Below, piece by piece: positions 49,259 to 58,634 of a stretch of 64,000 nt of DNA; the first letter of the stretch is position 1, and the number at the start of each line of letters is the position of its first letter. The position numbers and the translations under genes are program-made. The stretch spans positions 1,014,119 through 1,078,118 of the forward strand of contig OY970293.1 of assembly GCA_963716195.1 (NCBI GenBank), written 5' to 3'. The stretch is from an uncultured Solirubrobacterales bacterium (GTDB lineage Bacteria > Actinomycetota > Thermoleophilia > Solirubrobacterales > JBBDJG01). The notes below the pieces were generated by a model. That model made no database searches and was not told the origin of the DNA. It saw nothing but the letters and a program-made list of their open reading frames with translations.

Positions 49259-49298
49259 GCTCCCGTCATTTCCGTCTAAGGAAATGACGGCCTGTTCC
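49252..49298 (-). repeat. Fourth copy of the hairpin repeat family, inverted, wedged between two convergent stop codons
   Basis: The reverse complement reads GGAACAGGCCGTCATTTCCTTAGACGGAAATGACGGGAGCTCAGCGG, with the stem at 49263-49290. It overlaps TGA 49256-49258 of the + gene and abuts the stop (49298-49300) of the - gene. Confidence 0.8.
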
Positions 49299-49759
49299 TA
49301 GACGGGGCAGGCCGCCAGCGCCTCCAGGTACTCCTCCTGGTTCCGCGCCTCGCCGGGGTGCGTGACGATCTTGCGGGCGATCTTGCCGTCCTTGTCGATC
49401 ACGAACGTGGCACGCGTGGCGATCCCCGCCTCGTCGATGTATGCGTCGTACTGCTTTGCGATCGCGCCCTTCGGGTGGAAGTCGGACACCAGATGCGCTT
49501 TCAGGTTCTCGTCGCGCTTGAAGGCGTTCATCACGAACGGGCTGTCAACCGAGATCCCGACCACCTCGGCTCCGGCGGCGTCGTACTTCTCTGCCTCCCC
49601 GGTGATGTCCACCAGCTCCTTCGTGCAGGTTCGGCTGAACGCAAGGGGGAAGAACACGAGCAGGACGTTGCGGCCGCGCAATGACGACAGCTTGAACTCT
49701 TCGAAGTTCTCGTCGCGGGTGGTGAAATCGGGCGCCTCGTCTCCGACCTCTAGTGCCAT
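49298..49759 (-). CDS. Peroxiredoxin (AhpC/TSA family, Bcp/AhpE-like)
   Basis: GDEAPDFT...VLLVFFPLAFSRTCTKEL carries the peroxidatic Cys motif. 153 aa. Confidence 0.9.
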   Translation of the reverse strand: MALEVGDEAPDFTTRDENFEEFKLSSLRGRNVLLVFFPLAFSRTCTKELVDITGEAEKYDAAGAEVVGISVDSPFVMNAFKRDENLKAHLVSDFHPKGAIAKQYDAYIDEAGIATRATFVIDKDGKIARKIVTHPGEARNQEEYLEALAACPV

Positions 49760-49857
49760 GGTGCTCCCTCCGGGCTCGATTTGCAGGGACTTCCACTGGG
49801 CTTTCGAGCGCCAACCTAACAGGGGCCAAGTGACAGCGCTCTTAGAATCGATGCTCC

Positions 49858-52533
49858 ATGACCCAGCAGATCGCGGTCGAGACCCTGATCCTGTCCCACG
49901 CGAACACCGATTTCGATGCGTTCGCCGGGATGCTCGCCGCCCAACTGCTGTATCCGGGAGCGCGTATCTGCCTGCAGGGCGGGGTGAATCGGAACGTGCG
50001 CGAGTTCTACAACCTCCACGCGGAGCAGATCCCGAGCATCGAGCCCTCGGCAGTGGACGTCGAGTCGGTCAAGCGGCTCGTGCTGATCGAGGTCTCCGAC
50101 CCGGCCCGCCTGGGCGAGCTCGAGCCGCTCGCGACCCGCGACGGGGTCGAGCTGGTCGTCTTCGATCACCACGGCCAGACAGCGTTCGAGGGCGCCACGT
50201 CGTTCCTCGCAGAGGACGGCAGCGTCGTGACGGCCATGCTGAGGCTTCTGCTCGAGCGCGGGTCAAAGCTCACGCCGATGCACGCAACCGCCTTCGCGCT
50301 CGGCATTCACGAGGACACCGGATCGCTCACGTACTCGTCCACCACGCATCGCGACGTCGAGGCGCTGGCCGCATGCATGCGCGGAGGGTCGAACCAGGAG
50401 CTGCTCGCGCGCTACCTGCGCGGTCCGCTCCAGGCCGAGCAGCGCGACGTCCTGCGCCGGCTCGAGGAGTCGCGCGAGCAGCGCGACGTGGACGGGCTGC
50501 GCGTGATCGCCGCAGCGGCCGAGGCGCCCGCGTACACGGAAGACGTTTCCACGCTCGCGCCCCGCATCGGCGACATCGCGGACTGGGATGTGCTCGTGAT
50601 GGCGGTGTCGATGGAGGGAAGAGTGCTGGTGGTCGGGCGCAGCCGCACAGAGGCGGTCGCGATCGACGACGCGCTAGCGCCGCTCGGCGGCGGCGGCCAC
50701 GCGCAGGCGGCATCGGCGATCGTGCGCGAGAAGGACCCGCAGGCGGTGCTGGAGCGGGCACTCGCGGAGGTGGCGCGTGTCGCAAAGCCGCCGCTGCGCG
50801 CCGGAGACGTCATGTCGCGGCCCGTCCACACCGTCTCCAGCGGCGACGACATCTCGAGCGTGCTGATCGAGTGCCAGCGGCTCGGCCTGAGCGGGATCCA
50901 GGTGTCCGACGACGGTGACTTGACCGGGATCGTTGCGCGAGAGGACCTCGATCGTGCGGTGCGTCATGGTCTCAGTCACGCGCCGGTGAAGGCGGTCATG
51001 AGCGCCGGGGTGCCGGTCGTGGGCAAGGAGGCGACGATCGGCCAGCTGCGCGACCTGCTCGCCGGTGGCAGCGCCGAGCGCCTGGTCGTCGTGCCCACCG
51101 GTCCCTACCGCAAGGAAGAACAGGTGCCGTCGGCGAGCGCCGAGGGCGTGGTCACGGGCGGGGACGTCCTGCGCGCGCTGCGCGAGCCGGTCTCCCTCGA
51201 GCGGCCGGCGCCGCATCCCGAGGCCACGGTCGCTGTGCGCGCGGTGCTCGACAAGGTTGAGCGCCTGCAGCGCATCCTTCCGGCCGTGCAAGCGGTCGCA
51301 TCCTCCTACGACGGCGTGTACCTCGTCGGCGGCGCGGTGCGGGACGTCCTGCTCGGCGAGCAGAGCTTCGATCTCGACCTGATGGTCGAGGGTGACGCGA
51401 TCGCGTTCGCGAACGAGCTGGCCGCCGAGCTCGGTGTGCGGAGCCACCCGCACGAGAAGTTCCAGACCGCGGTGGTCAAGGGGACGGCCGACGGCGACGA
51501 GATGCGCGTGGACGTCGCGACTGCGCGGACCGAGTTCTACGGCTCGCCGGGCGCTCTCCCCGAGGTCGAGCGCTCGACTCTGCGTCACGACCTGGCCCGC
51601 AGGGACTTCACGATCAACGCGATGGCCACGTCGCTCAAGGCCGAGGACCTGGGATCGACCTACGACTTCGTCGGCGGCTTTCGCGACCTGCGCCAGAAGA
51701 CCGTCCGCGTGCTGCACAACCTCAGCTTTGTCGAGGACCCGACGCGGCTCCTGCGGGCGATCCGGTACGAGGCCCGGCTCGGATTCCGCATGGACGGGCA
51801 CACGACCTCTCTGGCCCGCGGGTCGATCGAGGCGCGCCTGGTCGGCGACCTCGCCTCGGCGCGCCTGCGCGACGAGCTGCTCGACATCCTTGCCGAGGAA
51901 CGCGTCGGCGCGGCGCTGGCTCGCATGGCGGAGCTCGGCATCGATCGCGCGCTGCATCCACGCCTCGACGCCGGACCCGAGACTGTCGCGCTCGTCGAGC
52001 GCACGCGCCAGCGCGCCGCCGGCCCGCCGTATGCGGGGCTCGTACGGTCCGAGCTCGTAAAGCTTGCGATGCTGTGCCGCAACATGGCGGCGGACGAGAT
52101 CTACAGCTGGCTCTCCAAACTCCGCATGCGACGCGCGGACCAGGACGTGATCGCGGCGACGGTAACTGTCGCTCCGCTGATCGTCGAGAGGCTGGAGGAC
52201 GACGTGGCGCCGGCGCCGTCCGAGCTGCGCGAGCTGCTCGACGGACAGCCGCCCGAGGCGTTGCTCGCGGCCGAGCTCATGGCGCCTGACGGGTCGCCGG
52301 TCGGCGACCGGCTGCGCGCATACCTCGAGGGCGTGCGCGGCGTGCGGCTCGAGATCACGGGCGACGACCTCAGGCGTGAGGGCGTGCCGGAGTCGCCTGA
52401 CCTCGGCCGCGCCCTAGAGCAGACGCTTGCGCTCAAGCTGGACGGCTTCGTCTCGGGACGCGACGAGGAGCTGGCGGAGGCGCTGCGGCTCGCGGGGCAC
52501 GGATCGGTTCAGAACGAACAGCAAGGGGGATGA
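49858..52533 (+). CDS. Fusion protein: DHH-family phosphoesterase-like domain + CBS pair + poly(A) polymerase/CCA-adding nucleotidyltransferase domain
   Basis: The N-terminus has LSHANTDFDAFAGMLAA and VVFDHH (DHH-like). A CBS-like pair lies around VMSRPVHTVSS...GIVAREDLDRA...VMSAGVPVV. The NTase head motif is YLVGGAVRDVLLG...DLDLMVEG, followed by RDFTINAMA. Confidence 0.8.
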   Translation: MTQQIAVETLILSHANTDFDAFAGMLAAQLLYPGARICLQGGVNRNVREFYNLHAEQIPSIEPSAVDVESVKRLVLIEVSDPARLGELEPLATRDGVELVVFDHHGQTAFEGATSFLAEDGSVVTAMLRLLLERGSKLTPMHATAFALGIHEDTGSLTYSSTTHRDVEALAACMRGGSNQELLARYLRGPLQAEQRDVLRRLEESREQRDVDGLRVIAAAAEAPAYTEDVSTLAPRIGDIADWDVLVMAVSMEGRVLVVGRSRTEAVAIDDALAPLGGGGHAQAASAIVREKDPQAVLERALAEVARVAKPPLRAGDVMSRPVHTVSSGDDISSVLIECQRLGLSGIQVSDDGDLTGIVAREDLDRAVRHGLSHAPVKAVMSAGVPVVGKEATIGQLRDLLAGGSAERLVVVPTGPYRKEEQVPSASAEGVVTGGDVLRALREPVSLERPAPHPEATVAVRAVLDKVERLQRILPAVQAVASSYDGVYLVGGAVRDVLLGEQSFDLDLMVEGDAIAFANELAAELGVRSHPHEKFQTAVVKGTADGDEMRVDVATARTEFYGSPGALPEVERSTLRHDLARRDFTINAMATSLKAEDLGSTYDFVGGFRDLRQKTVRVLHNLSFVEDPTRLLRAIRYEARLGFRMDGHTTSLARGSIEARLVGDLASARLRDELLDILAEERVGAALARMAELGIDRALHPRLDAGPETVALVERTRQRAAGPPYAGLVRSELVKLAMLCRNMAADEIYSWLSKLRMRRADQDVIAATVTVAPLIVERLEDDVAPAPSELRELLDGQPPEALLAAELMAPDGSPVGDRLRAYLEGVRGVRLEITGDDLRREGVPESPDLGRALEQTLALKLDGFVSGRDEELAEALRLAGHGSVQNEQQGG

Positions 52534-53582
52534 GGGTGGAACAGAACGGAAAAGAGAACGTGCTCGTCACCGGCGGGTCCGGGTTCGTCGGTGGCTGGTG
52601 CATCGTCGAGCTGTTGAAACGCGGCTACAACGTGCGCACGACCGTGCGCAGCCGCTCGCGCGAGAACGAGGTGCGCACGATGGTGGGAGCCGAGGTGGAC
52701 GCTGGCGACCGCCTGTCCTTCTTCGAAGCCGACCTGGGCGCCGACGCGGGATGGGACGAGGCGGTCCAAGGCTGCGACTACGTCCTGCACGTCGCCTCGC
52801 CGTTTCCGCCCGAGGCTCCCGACGATCCGGACGAGCTGATCCGGCCGGCCACCGATGGCACCCTGCGGGTGCTGCGCGCGGGCAACAGTGCCGGCGTGCG
52901 GCGCTTCGTGGTGACCTCGTCATCCGCGTCGGCAGCGGGCCCGAGCGACCCGCCCCCGAATCCCGTCACCGAGGAGCACTGGACGGACATCGTGAACCTG
53001 CCCGCCCGCGCCTACGTCCAGTCCAAGGTGCTCGCCGAGCGGGCAGCCTGGGACCACATGCGTGCGGCCGGGGCGGAGAGCAAGCTCGCGACGGTGCTGC
53101 CCAGCGCCATCCTCGGACCCGTGCTGAGCCCCGACCTCTCCTACTCGGTCCAGGCGGTCGAGCGGCTGATGAAGCGACAGATGCCCGGCATACCGCGGAT
53201 CGGCTTCTCGTGGGTCGACGTGCGCGACGTCGCCGACCTGCACGTCCGGGCGATGACGGCTCCCGAAGCCGGGGGCGAGCGGTTCCTCGGCGCGGGACCA
53301 TTCCTCTGGCTCGCGGACGTCGCGCAGGTGCTGCGTGACCGGCTCGGGGCCGAGGCCGCCCGGGTGCCGACACGCAAGGTGCCGAGCTTCGTCGTGCGTG
53401 CCGCGGCGCGGTTCGACCCCAGTCTGCGGCAGATAGTGGGACAGCTCGGAAAGCAGACGATCTTCTCCTCCGAGAAGGCGAAGACGAAGCTCGGCTGGAC
53501 GCCGCGCCCGGCGGAGGAGACGATCGAGGACTGCGCCCGCAGCCTGCTGCGCCAGGGAGTGGTCGAGCCACAGCCCGCCTGA
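52530..53582 (+). CDS. NAD(P)-dependent epimerase/dehydratase family SDR (aldehyde/cinnamoyl-CoA reductase-like)
   Basis: VLVTGGSGFVGGW Rossmann motif, the YVQSK catalytic Y-x-x-x-K and about 350 aa. Confidence 0.85.
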   Translation: MRVEQNGKENVLVTGGSGFVGGWCIVELLKRGYNVRTTVRSRSRENEVRTMVGAEVDAGDRLSFFEADLGADAGWDEAVQGCDYVLHVASPFPPEAPDDPDELIRPATDGTLRVLRAGNSAGVRRFVVTSSSASAAGPSDPPPNPVTEEHWTDIVNLPARAYVQSKVLAERAAWDHMRAAGAESKLATVLPSAILGPVLSPDLSYSVQAVERLMKRQMPGIPRIGFSWVDVRDVADLHVRAMTAPEAGGERFLGAGPFLWLADVAQVLRDRLGAEAARVPTRKVPSFVVRAAARFDPSLRQIVGQLGKQTIFSSEKAKTKLGWTPRPAEETIEDCARSLLRQGVVEPQPA

Positions 53583-53605
53583 TCAGGGGCGAATAGGATC
53601 CAGGG

Positions 53606-54631
53606 GTGCCAGAGCGCTGGAACGCCCTCCAGTGGCAGGGGCAGCCCGGTCACTACGAGGTCTACTACCTGACGTTCACCGATCCCGGGACCGGAGTCGG
53701 GTTCTGGATCCGTTACACGATGGTCGCGCCGCTGCCCCAGACAGGGGAGCAGGCAACGTGCTCACTGTGGTTCCTGGCCATGGACCCGGCGGACCCGGGG
53801 CGCAACGTCGGCGAGAAGGTCAGCTACCCGGCCTCAGACCTGTCCGCGGACGCGGAGCCGTTCGCGCTACGCGTCCATGACGCGCTGCTGACCGATCGCG
53901 GCATGACCGGGTCATTCGAGAGTGGCGGCCGGCGGCTGGCCTGGAACCTCGAATGGTCGCCACGCCTGCCGGCCTACGGGCACGTGCATCCCGTACTGAG
54001 GGCGGCAAAGATCGCCAAGACGATCCTGTTCCTGCCACATCCCGACGTGGAGATCAGAGGCACGGTCGATATCGGCGACCGCCGGATCGAGGTCGCCGGT
54101 GCGCGCGGGGGCCAGGCGCATCTGTGGGGGTCAAAGCACGCGAATCGCTGGGCGTGGACGCACTGCAACGACTTCACGTCCGCGAACGGAGAGCCGCGGC
54201 GCGAAGCGTTCGTGGACGGAGTGAGCGTGTTCGTGCCCCGGTTCGGACGCGAGATCGGTCCGAACACGCCGGTGGTCGGCCGCGTCGACGGTGACGACGT
54301 GATGTCGATCTCGCCGCTCGCGGTAGCGCGAAACGAGTCGACGTTCGACCTCACGAGCTGGCGGTTCGAGGCTCGCACGGCACGGCGAAAGCTGGCCGGC
54401 GCGGTGTCGGCGCGCAAGGAGGACCTGGTCGGCGTCACCTACCACGATCCCGACGGCCAGCTCGCCTACTGCTACAACACGGAGGTGGCCGACATGCGCT
54501 TGGAGCTGTTCGAGCGCGCGGGTCCGTGGACCACATGGACCAAGCGTGACGAGCTGAAGTCCGACGGACACGCCCACTTCGAGTACGCGCAGCGTGAGCC
54601 GGTCGAGGGCGTGGAGCTGAAGATCCGGTGA
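53606..54631 (+). CDS. Hypothetical protein (possible tocopherol-cyclase/CrtC-like beta-barrel; uncertain)
   Basis: 341-aa ORF with good coding appearance. The N-terminal GHYEVYYLTFTDPGTGVGFWIRYT is reminiscent of that superfamily, but I cannot confirm it. Confidence 0.5.
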   Translation: MPERWNALQWQGQPGHYEVYYLTFTDPGTGVGFWIRYTMVAPLPQTGEQATCSLWFLAMDPADPGRNVGEKVSYPASDLSADAEPFALRVHDALLTDRGMTGSFESGGRRLAWNLEWSPRLPAYGHVHPVLRAAKIAKTILFLPHPDVEIRGTVDIGDRRIEVAGARGGQAHLWGSKHANRWAWTHCNDFTSANGEPRREAFVDGVSVFVPRFGREIGPNTPVVGRVDGDDVMSISPLAVARNESTFDLTSWRFEARTARRKLAGAVSARKEDLVGVTYHDPDGQLAYCYNTEVADMRLELFERAGPWTTWTKRDELKSDGHAHFEYAQREPVEGVELKIR

Positions 54632-55458
54632 CGATCACCAACGAGGAACTCGCCGACAGCGACATCCGTCTCCCCGAGCTCGGCGCGCTGTTCGAGTGGC
54701 GGCAGGGCGAAGGTCCCGTCTGGATCGAGGCCGCTCTGCCGGGTGCGAGGGCGGCGTTCAGCACGAGGCTCGGAGGGAACAGCTTCGGCGCCTACTCGTC
54801 GCTCAACCTCGGCATCCTGACCGAGGACGATGCGGACCTGGTGGCGCGCAACCGAGAGTCGCTCGCGCGCGCGCTCGGGCGCGATCCCGAGGGAATCGCG
54901 ATGGGATTCCAGGTCCATGGGGCCGACGTCCAGATCCACCGCGAGCCGCCCGCGTCGCCCGGGTACGCGCGCCGTGTCGAGCTCCCCAAGGTGGACGCCC
55001 AGGCGACCGACAGCGCAGACGTCACCCCGCTCGTGCTCGCGGCCGACTGCGTGCCGCTGGCGCTGGCTGCTCCTGGTGCGGCCGCCTCCGTTCATTGCGG
55101 CTGGCGCGGGGTCTCGGGCGGGATCGTGGGGCGCGCGGTCGAGACGGTCGCGCAGCTTGCCGGTACCGATCCGTCGCAGGTGGGCGCCGCGCTCGGTCCC
55201 GCGATCGGGGCGTGCTGCTATGAGGTTGGCGACACCGTGCGCGAAGCGTTCGCCGGCCGCGGGCACGAGGCGCCGACCGGCGTCACGTTCGACCTCCCGG
55301 GCGCGATCCGGATCGAGCTGGAGTGGGCGGGGGTCGATCCCGGCGCGATCGCGGACTGCCGCCTCTGTGCGAGCTGCCATCCGCAGCTCTTCTTCTCGCA
55401 CCGCCGGGACGGCGGCGTGACCGGCCGCCAGGCCGGCCTCGTGTGGCGCAGCAGTTAG
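54628..55458 (+). CDS. pgeF: YfiH/PgeF (DUF152) family purine-nucleoside/peptidoglycan-editing enzyme
   Basis: ADCVPLAL...VHCGWRGVSGGIV, ...CCYEVG..., ...C...SCHPQLFFSHRRDG. It has the conserved position upstream of yggS-sepF. Confidence 0.85.
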   Translation: MTITNEELADSDIRLPELGALFEWRQGEGPVWIEAALPGARAAFSTRLGGNSFGAYSSLNLGILTEDDADLVARNRESLARALGRDPEGIAMGFQVHGADVQIHREPPASPGYARRVELPKVDAQATDSADVTPLVLAADCVPLALAAPGAAASVHCGWRGVSGGIVGRAVETVAQLAGTDPSQVGAALGPAIGACCYEVGDTVREAFAGRGHEAPTGVTFDLPGAIRIELEWAGVDPGAIADCRLCASCHPQLFFSHRRDGGVTGRQAGLVWRSS

Positions 55459-55646
55459 AGGCCTGATGTGGGTTCTCCGCACGCGCGGATGACGCGCGGA
55501 TACCTTCGCTGGGTCGCGCCCGTCGGGACTTGCCCATGCCCACCGGCATGGGCTTCGCCCGCCGACCACGCCAAGCTCGGTCCCGCGCGCCCCCGCACGC
55601 ACGGCCAACCCACATCAAACCTCTAGCTTCCATCGACCCCGAGCGT

Positions 55647-56309
55647 GTGCGCGCGAACCTCGCGACCGCGCGAGAACGGATCGCGGCGGCCAGAAGGGGG
55701 GCCGGCCTCGGCCCTGGGCAGGTAGATGTGCTCGCTGCCACCAAGTACGTACCGCTCGAGCAGTTCGCGGGCCTGGTCGAGGCCGGGATCGAGCTGGTGG
55801 GTGAGAACATCGCCCAGGATCTGGTCGCGAAGCACGACCGCTACTCGGACCAGGTCACCTTCGACTTCATCGGCCACCTGCAGAGCCGCAAGACGAAGGA
55901 CGTGTTGCCGCGGGTGCGGCTGATCCACTCCGTGGCGAGCGAATCCGTCCTGCGCCAGCTGGAGCGCCACGCTGAAGCAGAGGCCCAGGTCCTGGTCGAG
56001 GTGAACGTCGCCGGGGAGGAGTCCAAGCAGGGACTCGATCCGGATGCCGTCGAGCCCTTCGTCGAAGCGGCCGCCTCCTACCCGAAGGTGAGGTTCGCGG
56101 GCCTCATGACCATGCCGCCGCTGGCCGCGGACCCAGAGCTGGTGCGCCCGTACTTCGCCGCCGTGCGCGAGCTCGGCGAGCGCCTGCGCGGAAGCTGGGC
56201 GCCGGAGCACCCCTTCTCGGTCCTGTCGATGGGCACGAGCCAGGACTACGAGGTGGCCGTCGAGGAAGGGGCGACGGTAGTGCGGCTCGGCAGCGTTCTT
56301 TATGCTTGA
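55647..56309 (+). CDS. yggS: YggS/YlmE family pyridoxal-phosphate homeostasis protein
   Basis: VLAATKYVP (PLP lysine), GENIAQDL, HFIGHLQSRK, LSMGTSQDYEVAVEEGATVVRLGSVLY. GTG 55647 is preferred. Track start ATG 55530 lies inside a hairpin (GCCCATGCC-cacc-GGCATGGGC) and adds an Arg/Pro-rich extension. Confidence 0.85.
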   Translation: MRANLATARERIAAARRGAGLGPGQVDVLAATKYVPLEQFAGLVEAGIELVGENIAQDLVAKHDRYSDQVTFDFIGHLQSRKTKDVLPRVRLIHSVASESVLRQLERHAEAEAQVLVEVNVAGEESKQGLDPDAVEPFVEAAASYPKVRFAGLMTMPPLAADPELVRPYFAAVRELGERLRGSWAPEHPFSVLSMGTSQDYEVAVEEGATVVRLGSVLYA

Positions 56310-56448
56310 GCGCGAGAATCGGCCTTTATGGAGGGCTTTCTCGCCGAGTTGAAGGATTTGTTGCACCCCACGCGAAACTGGTGACGTTGGAGGCCGCTTT
56401 GGCGGCCTCAGAGGACTTGTTAGGGGTCGGCGCAGCCGATAGGTATTT

Positions 56449-56982
56449 ATGGCACTGAGAGACACCTGGCATCGCGCGCTCGTCTACTTCGGCCTTGCCG
56501 AAGACGACCGCTACGTGGACGAGGAGGAGCCGTTCGACGACGGCGAGCCCGAGGCCGAGCTCGAGGAGCGCTACCGCGATCGGTCGCAGGTGCGCCGGGT
56601 CAACCAGCGCCGCCGCGACGAGATCGACGAGATCTTCGCCGACGAAACGCCGTCGCGCCGCACGCGCGTGCTGCGCTCCGTCGGCAACGGGCGCGGCTCG
56701 GACCAGGTGCGGGTGCATCTCGTCGTCCCGAAGAACTTCAACGACGCCCAGCAGATCGCGGACAAGTTCAAGGACTCGATCCCGGTGATCCTCAATCTCC
56801 AGGGCGCGGACACCGATCTCTCCAAGCGCCTGATCGACTTCGCCAGCGGGCTTACGTACGCGCTCGACGGCGGCATGCAGCGCATCGCCGAGAAGGTCTT
56901 CCTGCTCACGCCGCGCAACGTCGAGGTGTCCGCCGAAGAGCGGGCCCGCCTGCTGGAAAAGGGCTTCTTCAACCAGAGCTAG
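56449..56982 (+). CDS. sepF: Cell division protein SepF
   Basis: WHRALVYFGL N-terminus, an acidic linker and a conserved C-domain (VVPKNFNDAQQIADKFKDSIPVILNL...LIDFASGLTYALDGGMQRIAEKVFLLTP). Confidence 0.9.
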   Translation: MALRDTWHRALVYFGLAEDDRYVDEEEPFDDGEPEAELEERYRDRSQVRRVNQRRRDEIDEIFADETPSRRTRVLRSVGNGRGSDQVRVHLVVPKNFNDAQQIADKFKDSIPVILNLQGADTDLSKRLIDFASGLTYALDGGMQRIAEKVFLLTPRNVEVSAEERARLLEKGFFNQS

Positions 56983-57022
56983 TGGTCTGTCTCGGAACGT
57001 CCGCAGGGGTCCTGGGCGCGGC

Positions 57023-57835
57023 GTGATACTCGGTCTGATCGGCGCGGGCAACATGGCTTCGGCGCTGGCGGAGGGCTGGGCATTGTCGGAGTCCGGGCCG
57101 GACCAGTTGATGTTCAGCGACGTCGACCAATCCCGGGCGAGCGCGCTTGCGGATAAGGTGGGCGGCCAGCGCGCCGGGTCGAACCGGGAGCTCGCCGAGA
57201 GCGCCGACGTCGTCGTGCTGGCCGTCAAGCCCGATGCGCTCGAATCCGTTGCCAAGGACATCCGCGTCACCGTCAGCGAGCGCAAGCTGCCATTGGCATC
57301 GATCCTCGCCGCCACCAGCATCGGCACCCTCGAGGAGGCGTTCGGTCCCGGGACGGCGATCCTGCGCCTCATGCCCAACGTCGCCGCGGGGGCGCGCGTG
57401 GGGACGTTCTGTTACGCACCCAGCGGCTCGCTCGACCCGCAGACCGAGCGCAGCCTGCTCGACCTGTTCGGGCTGCTGGGGGACCTCGTGCCGGTGCAGG
57501 AGCCATTGATGAACGCGGCCACCGCGATCTCCGGCTGCGGGCCCGCATTCTTCGCGGTCGTGGTGGAGGCGCTCGTGGACGCCGGAATCCGCCAGGGCCT
57601 AGGCGAGCGCCAGGCCTCGGAGCTCGCGATCAGCACGATGGCCGGCACCGCCGAATTGCTGCGACGGCGCGAGGGTGACGCCGTCGGCCTGCGGCACTCC
57701 GTCACCTCGCCGGGAGGCGTGACCGCCGCCGGTCTCGCTGCGCTCGAAGACCGCGGCCTGCGGGCGGCCTTCGACGCGGCCGTGGAGGCGGTCGTGAGGC
57801 GCGAGAAGGAAATGGCGTCTGGAGGAAGCAAGTGA
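57023..57835 (+). CDS. proC: Pyrroline-5-carboxylate reductase
   Basis: LIGAGNMASAL, VVLAVKPD, RLMPN, SGCGPAFF, VTSPGGVTAAGL. Confidence 0.9.
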   Translation: MILGLIGAGNMASALAEGWALSESGPDQLMFSDVDQSRASALADKVGGQRAGSNRELAESADVVVLAVKPDALESVAKDIRVTVSERKLPLASILAATSIGTLEEAFGPGTAILRLMPNVAAGARVGTFCYAPSGSLDPQTERSLLDLFGLLGDLVPVQEPLMNAATAISGCGPAFFAVVVEALVDAGIRQGLGERQASELAISTMAGTAELLRRREGDAVGLRHSVTSPGGVTAAGLAALEDRGLRAAFDAAVEAVVRREKEMASGGSK

Positions 57836-58140
57836 TCGGCCTGTTCGCCGCCCTCACCCGCGACGACATCGCCGACTACGTGTCGGCTCTCTTCCTCGTG
57901 TACATCATCCTGATCTTCATCCGCATCTTGCTGAGCTGGATCCCGCGGATGCCCTACAACCGCATCCTGAACGCCTTCGTCACATTCGTTCACGACGTCA
58001 CCGACCCGTACCTGCGCCTGTTCAGGCGCGTCCTTCCGCCCGTGGGCGGAGGCGGGTTCGCGCTCGACCTGAGCCCCATCGTCGGGCTCATCGTCCTCTA
58101 CATAGCGCAGGCCCTGATCGTCGGACTGATCCGAGGCTGA
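57832..58140 (+). CDS. YggT/YlmG family membrane protein
   Basis: LVYIILIFIRILLSWIP and LDLSPIVGLIVL are typical of YggT. It has the conserved position after sepF/proC. Confidence 0.85.
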   Translation: MIGLFAALTRDDIADYVSALFLVYIILIFIRILLSWIPRMPYNRILNAFVTFVHDVTDPYLRLFRRVLPPVGGGGFALDLSPIVGLIVLYIAQALIVGLIRG

Positions 58141-58157
58141 TCCGGGCCTCACCCTCG

Positions 58158-58634
58158 ATGGCGAGCACCAACCGCAGCGGCGCGTGGGCGCGAGCGCTGA
58201 CGCTTGCCGCCTGCGTCGTCGCGCTCGATCAGATCACCAAGCAGCTCGTCGATTCCAACATCGTTCCGGGCGACTCCGTCGAGATCGCGTTCGGGATCGA
58301 GATCACGAACGTGCGTAACAGCGGAGTGGCCTTCGGCCTACTCGCGGGCGGCGCCGGACTGGTGGTCGCGTTCACGCTCAGCACCCTCGCCCTCGTGGTC
58401 GTCTACTTCCTGATGCACGCCGACAGGCCGGGACTGTGGATCGCTGTCGGCCTGCTCTGCGGAGGGGCGCTCGGCAACCTCGCCGACCGCCTGCGCGACG
58501 GCAGCGTGATCGACTTCGTGAACCTGCCCCTGTGGCCCGCGTTCAACCTCGCCGACGTGGCGATCGTGATCGGTGTCGGGCTGCTCGCCGGTCTTCTGAT
58601 CGCGGCCGAGGGCTCGGGTGAAGCAGCGCGTTGA
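58158..58634 (+). CDS. lspA: Lipoprotein signal peptidase (signal peptidase II)
   Basis: ALDQITKQLV, NSGVAFGL, GGALGNLADRL, VIDFV, FNLADVAI. Confidence 0.9.
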   Translation: MASTNRSGAWARALTLAACVVALDQITKQLVDSNIVPGDSVEIAFGIEITNVRNSGVAFGLLAGGAGLVVAFTLSTLALVVVYFLMHADRPGLWIAVGLLCGGALGNLADRLRDGSVIDFVNLPLWPAFNLADVAIVIGVGLLAGLLIAAEGSGEAAR

